64,000 nt of DNA from an uncultured Nitrososphaerales archaeon. Lineage in GTDB: Archaea; Thermoproteota; Nitrososphaeria; Nitrososphaerales; Nitrososphaeraceae. The stretch covers positions 160,001-224,000 of the forward strand of contig CAVQMO010000005.1 in NCBI GenBank assembly GCA_963713605.1, read 5' to 3'. This document shows positions 61,341 to 64,000 of the stretch, piece by piece (positions within the stretch are counted from its first letter, which is position 1; each line of letters opens with the position of its first letter). The position numbers were made by a program, and so were the translations under genes. Below the pieces are notes generated by a model. That model made no database searches, was not told the origin of the DNA, and saw nothing but the letters and a program-made list of their open reading frames with translations.

Positions 61341-61764
61341 AACACGACACTCCACGTGATTTGGATTAATATCTTGTCCGATTGGGACGGAGGTAGATGT
61401 TATTTAGATTGAATGCAAGTATAATCGATTTGGCGATAATTAGCTCAGTTTGATTGGACGAAGTAAATCTAATGTCAGCACTTAAAATACTGCCATTTAT
61501 GCTTTGTAGCATTTCAACAGAGCCATCTCAAACCATTTCTAGTAGCAGTCTATTTCCACAAATCCAATATCCCTTAACCATTCCAACTGATCTCCATCGA
61601 TTCTTTCTCCGCTAATTCTATCAAGTTGATTAGGCTTGAGAATGTCTATAGGCATATAATATAATTACTGAATTACATTAACTAGTGTGAGGGTGTGCAC
61701 AAGGAACAAATGCGAATTAATAGAAGTTTATCTGTCGATTATTAGTATCATGCACCTATTCGCT

Positions 61765-63304
61765 TCACTTGAAATTCGTAACTAGATATTTTTCAAGTTT
61801 GTTTATTTCATTCTTCCCTAACAAAATAGCATCATGAAAGATAGTCTTTCTCCCTTTAAACACATAAATCTTGAGGGTGGAGGAATCTCTTACTAGTTCT
61901 GCAACCAAGTCGGGTCCCTTCGCTAACATCCCCCGCTCACCAAGAGCATATAAGGCGAAATTATTCTCTTTACTTTTTTCTAGCCTAGGATTCTCAAAAA
62001 CGAGATTGAATCTGTTTATACTATCTTCAATAATCAGTCTTAATTTGCCGACTTTTTCATCGTTTTCCAATTTCAATACATACCTTTCCAGACTTTCTAT
62101 CTCGATATTACTTCCTATCGGTGATCCCACCTCATCACTAGAGGTGGCCTGAGACTCTGATTCCTCCTTTTTAGTCCATATCATCCCTTCATTTGCAACA
62201 GTTATCTTAAACCTGCCTTGCGCCCCGGTTATCTTGAGATGTGAGTCAATTGTACTTTGAAGTTCTACAGAGGACATCGGTTTTATCGGTCCCCTGAACC
62301 ACTGGTTCGAACCTTCGTCAAAATCCTCAAGTCCACTGTAATGAACTATATAACATTCTTTTGCGTTCCACCTTCTTACGAGTTCGTATGCTTCAGTTAC
62401 CGAGATCATCCCTGTTTCAGGATGCTGATTATACGTTTCAGCCCCAAGAACTAGCAGATCCGGATTCCATAGTATATTTTCGTTAACCTCTGGGAGGGAC
62501 AAAAAATCCCATCCCATTATTATCTTCATATTCAGAATATTCACTACGTAGATTACAGCGCCATCCGGAGATTCATTCCCGTGATACGCTTGAAAAGCGA
62601 CTATTGAAAATGGTCCAATATTGAAAAATTCGTTGGGGGTTACAATTTGGAAGTCCATGAACTTTTCAACAGTGTTCTTCGTCAAAGAAGTGCGGGATAA
62701 CAAATCCTTCATTATGTATTCCTCGCACGCTAGCTGTACAATAAATTCTCATTTTGTTCTTTCCTCTATGATCTGCAGTTAAGGATTGTCGTTGAATAAG
62801 GTTGGAAAGGTCCTTTATATGATCTTCGTGTGGATGAGAAATTAGTAAAGCGTCAAAAAGAAGAGATTCCTTTTCCTGCAGAGTTGAATTCTCAGTCTCA
62901 GAGTTGTGTGAAGAGAGTAGCAATGGCGAACCTATTGCAGGGCCGGAATGCAAGCTCGGCTGACCGCGATTTCTCCTTGATCGATATTTTTCTAATCTAA
63001 GATCTGAAAGTCCTTTTTCGACACTACTGATTACTCCTTCGCCGATATCGAAGAGGATATGAAAGTCTGAATCTGGAGTATTCTGTCTGGTATCTCGCAT
63101 AATTATTGAACACGACGTATTGGTTTCCATCCTAGATTGTATTATCTCTGCATATCTTTCAGATTTTTCTTGATTACCCAAACGCCTCTTATCAGGTAAC
63201 ACTCCATTAATTCTGACGATTACCTCCTTTTGTTCAGATTGGTTATCGCTTAAGGGTTGAGAAACATTTTTAGTATTTTTGTCATACGACGGGATCATAT
63301 TCAA
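61765..63304 (-). CDS. Metallo-beta-lactamase-fold hydrolase with C-terminal extension (joined across indel ~62731)
   Basis: LFDIGEG, ISHPHEDH, AYHG, IVHYSG. Confidence 0.8.
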
Positions 63305-63706
63305 TAATTACAACCAATGATTTATAACCATTACAGGTTGTCAGCAGACATAAGTTAGACATCTACATCGATTAACCCGGATTAATTTCAAAAACGTTTC
63401 TCACTAACCCCTCATCAGGAATTGCCTGACAATAGTCAAATGTGGCGGTCTAAGTGCCTTTACTAATCATAGGGATCGTCGCTTGAGTTAAAGCTTGCCT
63501 TCCGAAAGGATAGCACGCAGAGGAGATTTATTATCGATTTATGATTTGTCCGGGTTCTTTGATGGCCACAGTATCGCCCAACAACGCACTGGTCTTGTTA
63601 GTCCTAATCCTCTTTAGTAATATCAGCGATCTCAAAACATATTCGATCCTTCCAAGAAATAGACTCACAATAATGCATAATTACAGGTGATTTCGCACTT
63701 CGTGGG

Positions 63707-63943
63707 TTATTTCCGCCAGCGTAATTCTTTATCAAATGCCAGAATCGCAAGAATCAACGCTGTAATCGCGAAGATCCCTGCAATGCTGTAAAATTGCCAT
63801 GGTACTGTGGGCGCAGAAGCGGGTAGAGCGTAGGAGAACATAAATGCAACAAAAAAGAGGAAGGCAACCACGATACCAACAACAAGTCTCCAAACTGACT
63901 GTTCGAGTCTTTTAGGGAACCTAATTTTGGATGAAATATTCAT
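63707..63943 (-). CDS. Small two-TM membrane protein
   Basis: Two hydrophobic helices; ATG start. Confidence 0.6.
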   Translation of the reverse strand: MNISSKIRFPKRLEQSVWRLVVGIVVAFLFFVAFMFSYALPASAPTVPWQFYSIAGIFAITALILAILAFDKELRWRK

Positions 63944-64000
63944 TCATTTCCCTCAAGCTTATTCACGGGAAATAGCTAAAATTTAATGTTGAAGTCATGA

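Noticed and set aside
61431..61460. tRNA-like tagctcag
   Set aside because: No cloverleaf or TTCRA follows.
13552..63304. Mass pseudogenisation or programmed frameshifting
   Set aside because: The breaks are 1-bp indels at specific palindromes, the joined genes show no accumulated nonsense codons, and no slippery sites are evident. Sequencing error explains them better.

Overview
This is a 64-kb accessory-type region from an ammonia-oxidising archaeon, most likely soil Nitrososphaeraceae. The assignment is inferred from a TFB paralog, a DUF790/Bax1-like gene, stand-alone receiver domains, F420-PPOX proteins and many low-complexity secreted proteins. I found no rRNA, full tRNA, CRISPR array or transposase. 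Main contents: (1) a large subtilase carrying about 19 near-identical 63-bp Cys-pair repeats; (2) a receiver + MinD-type ATPase + KaiC-like ATPase/Zn-finger/class III cyclase locus; (3) a nitrogen-related cluster (TFB, glnA, creatininase-family, divergent P-II); (4) a binding-protein/histidine-kinase pair lying between two near-identical beta-helix genes; (5) many secreted proteins. About 20 genes are split by 1-bp indels, and most of these fall at the palindromes AGCT, GTAC, TGCA or GATC. I read this as long-read error at modified DNA sites rather than true pseudogenes, so those genes are reported as joined CDS. All product calls come from motif recognition by eye; no searches were run.
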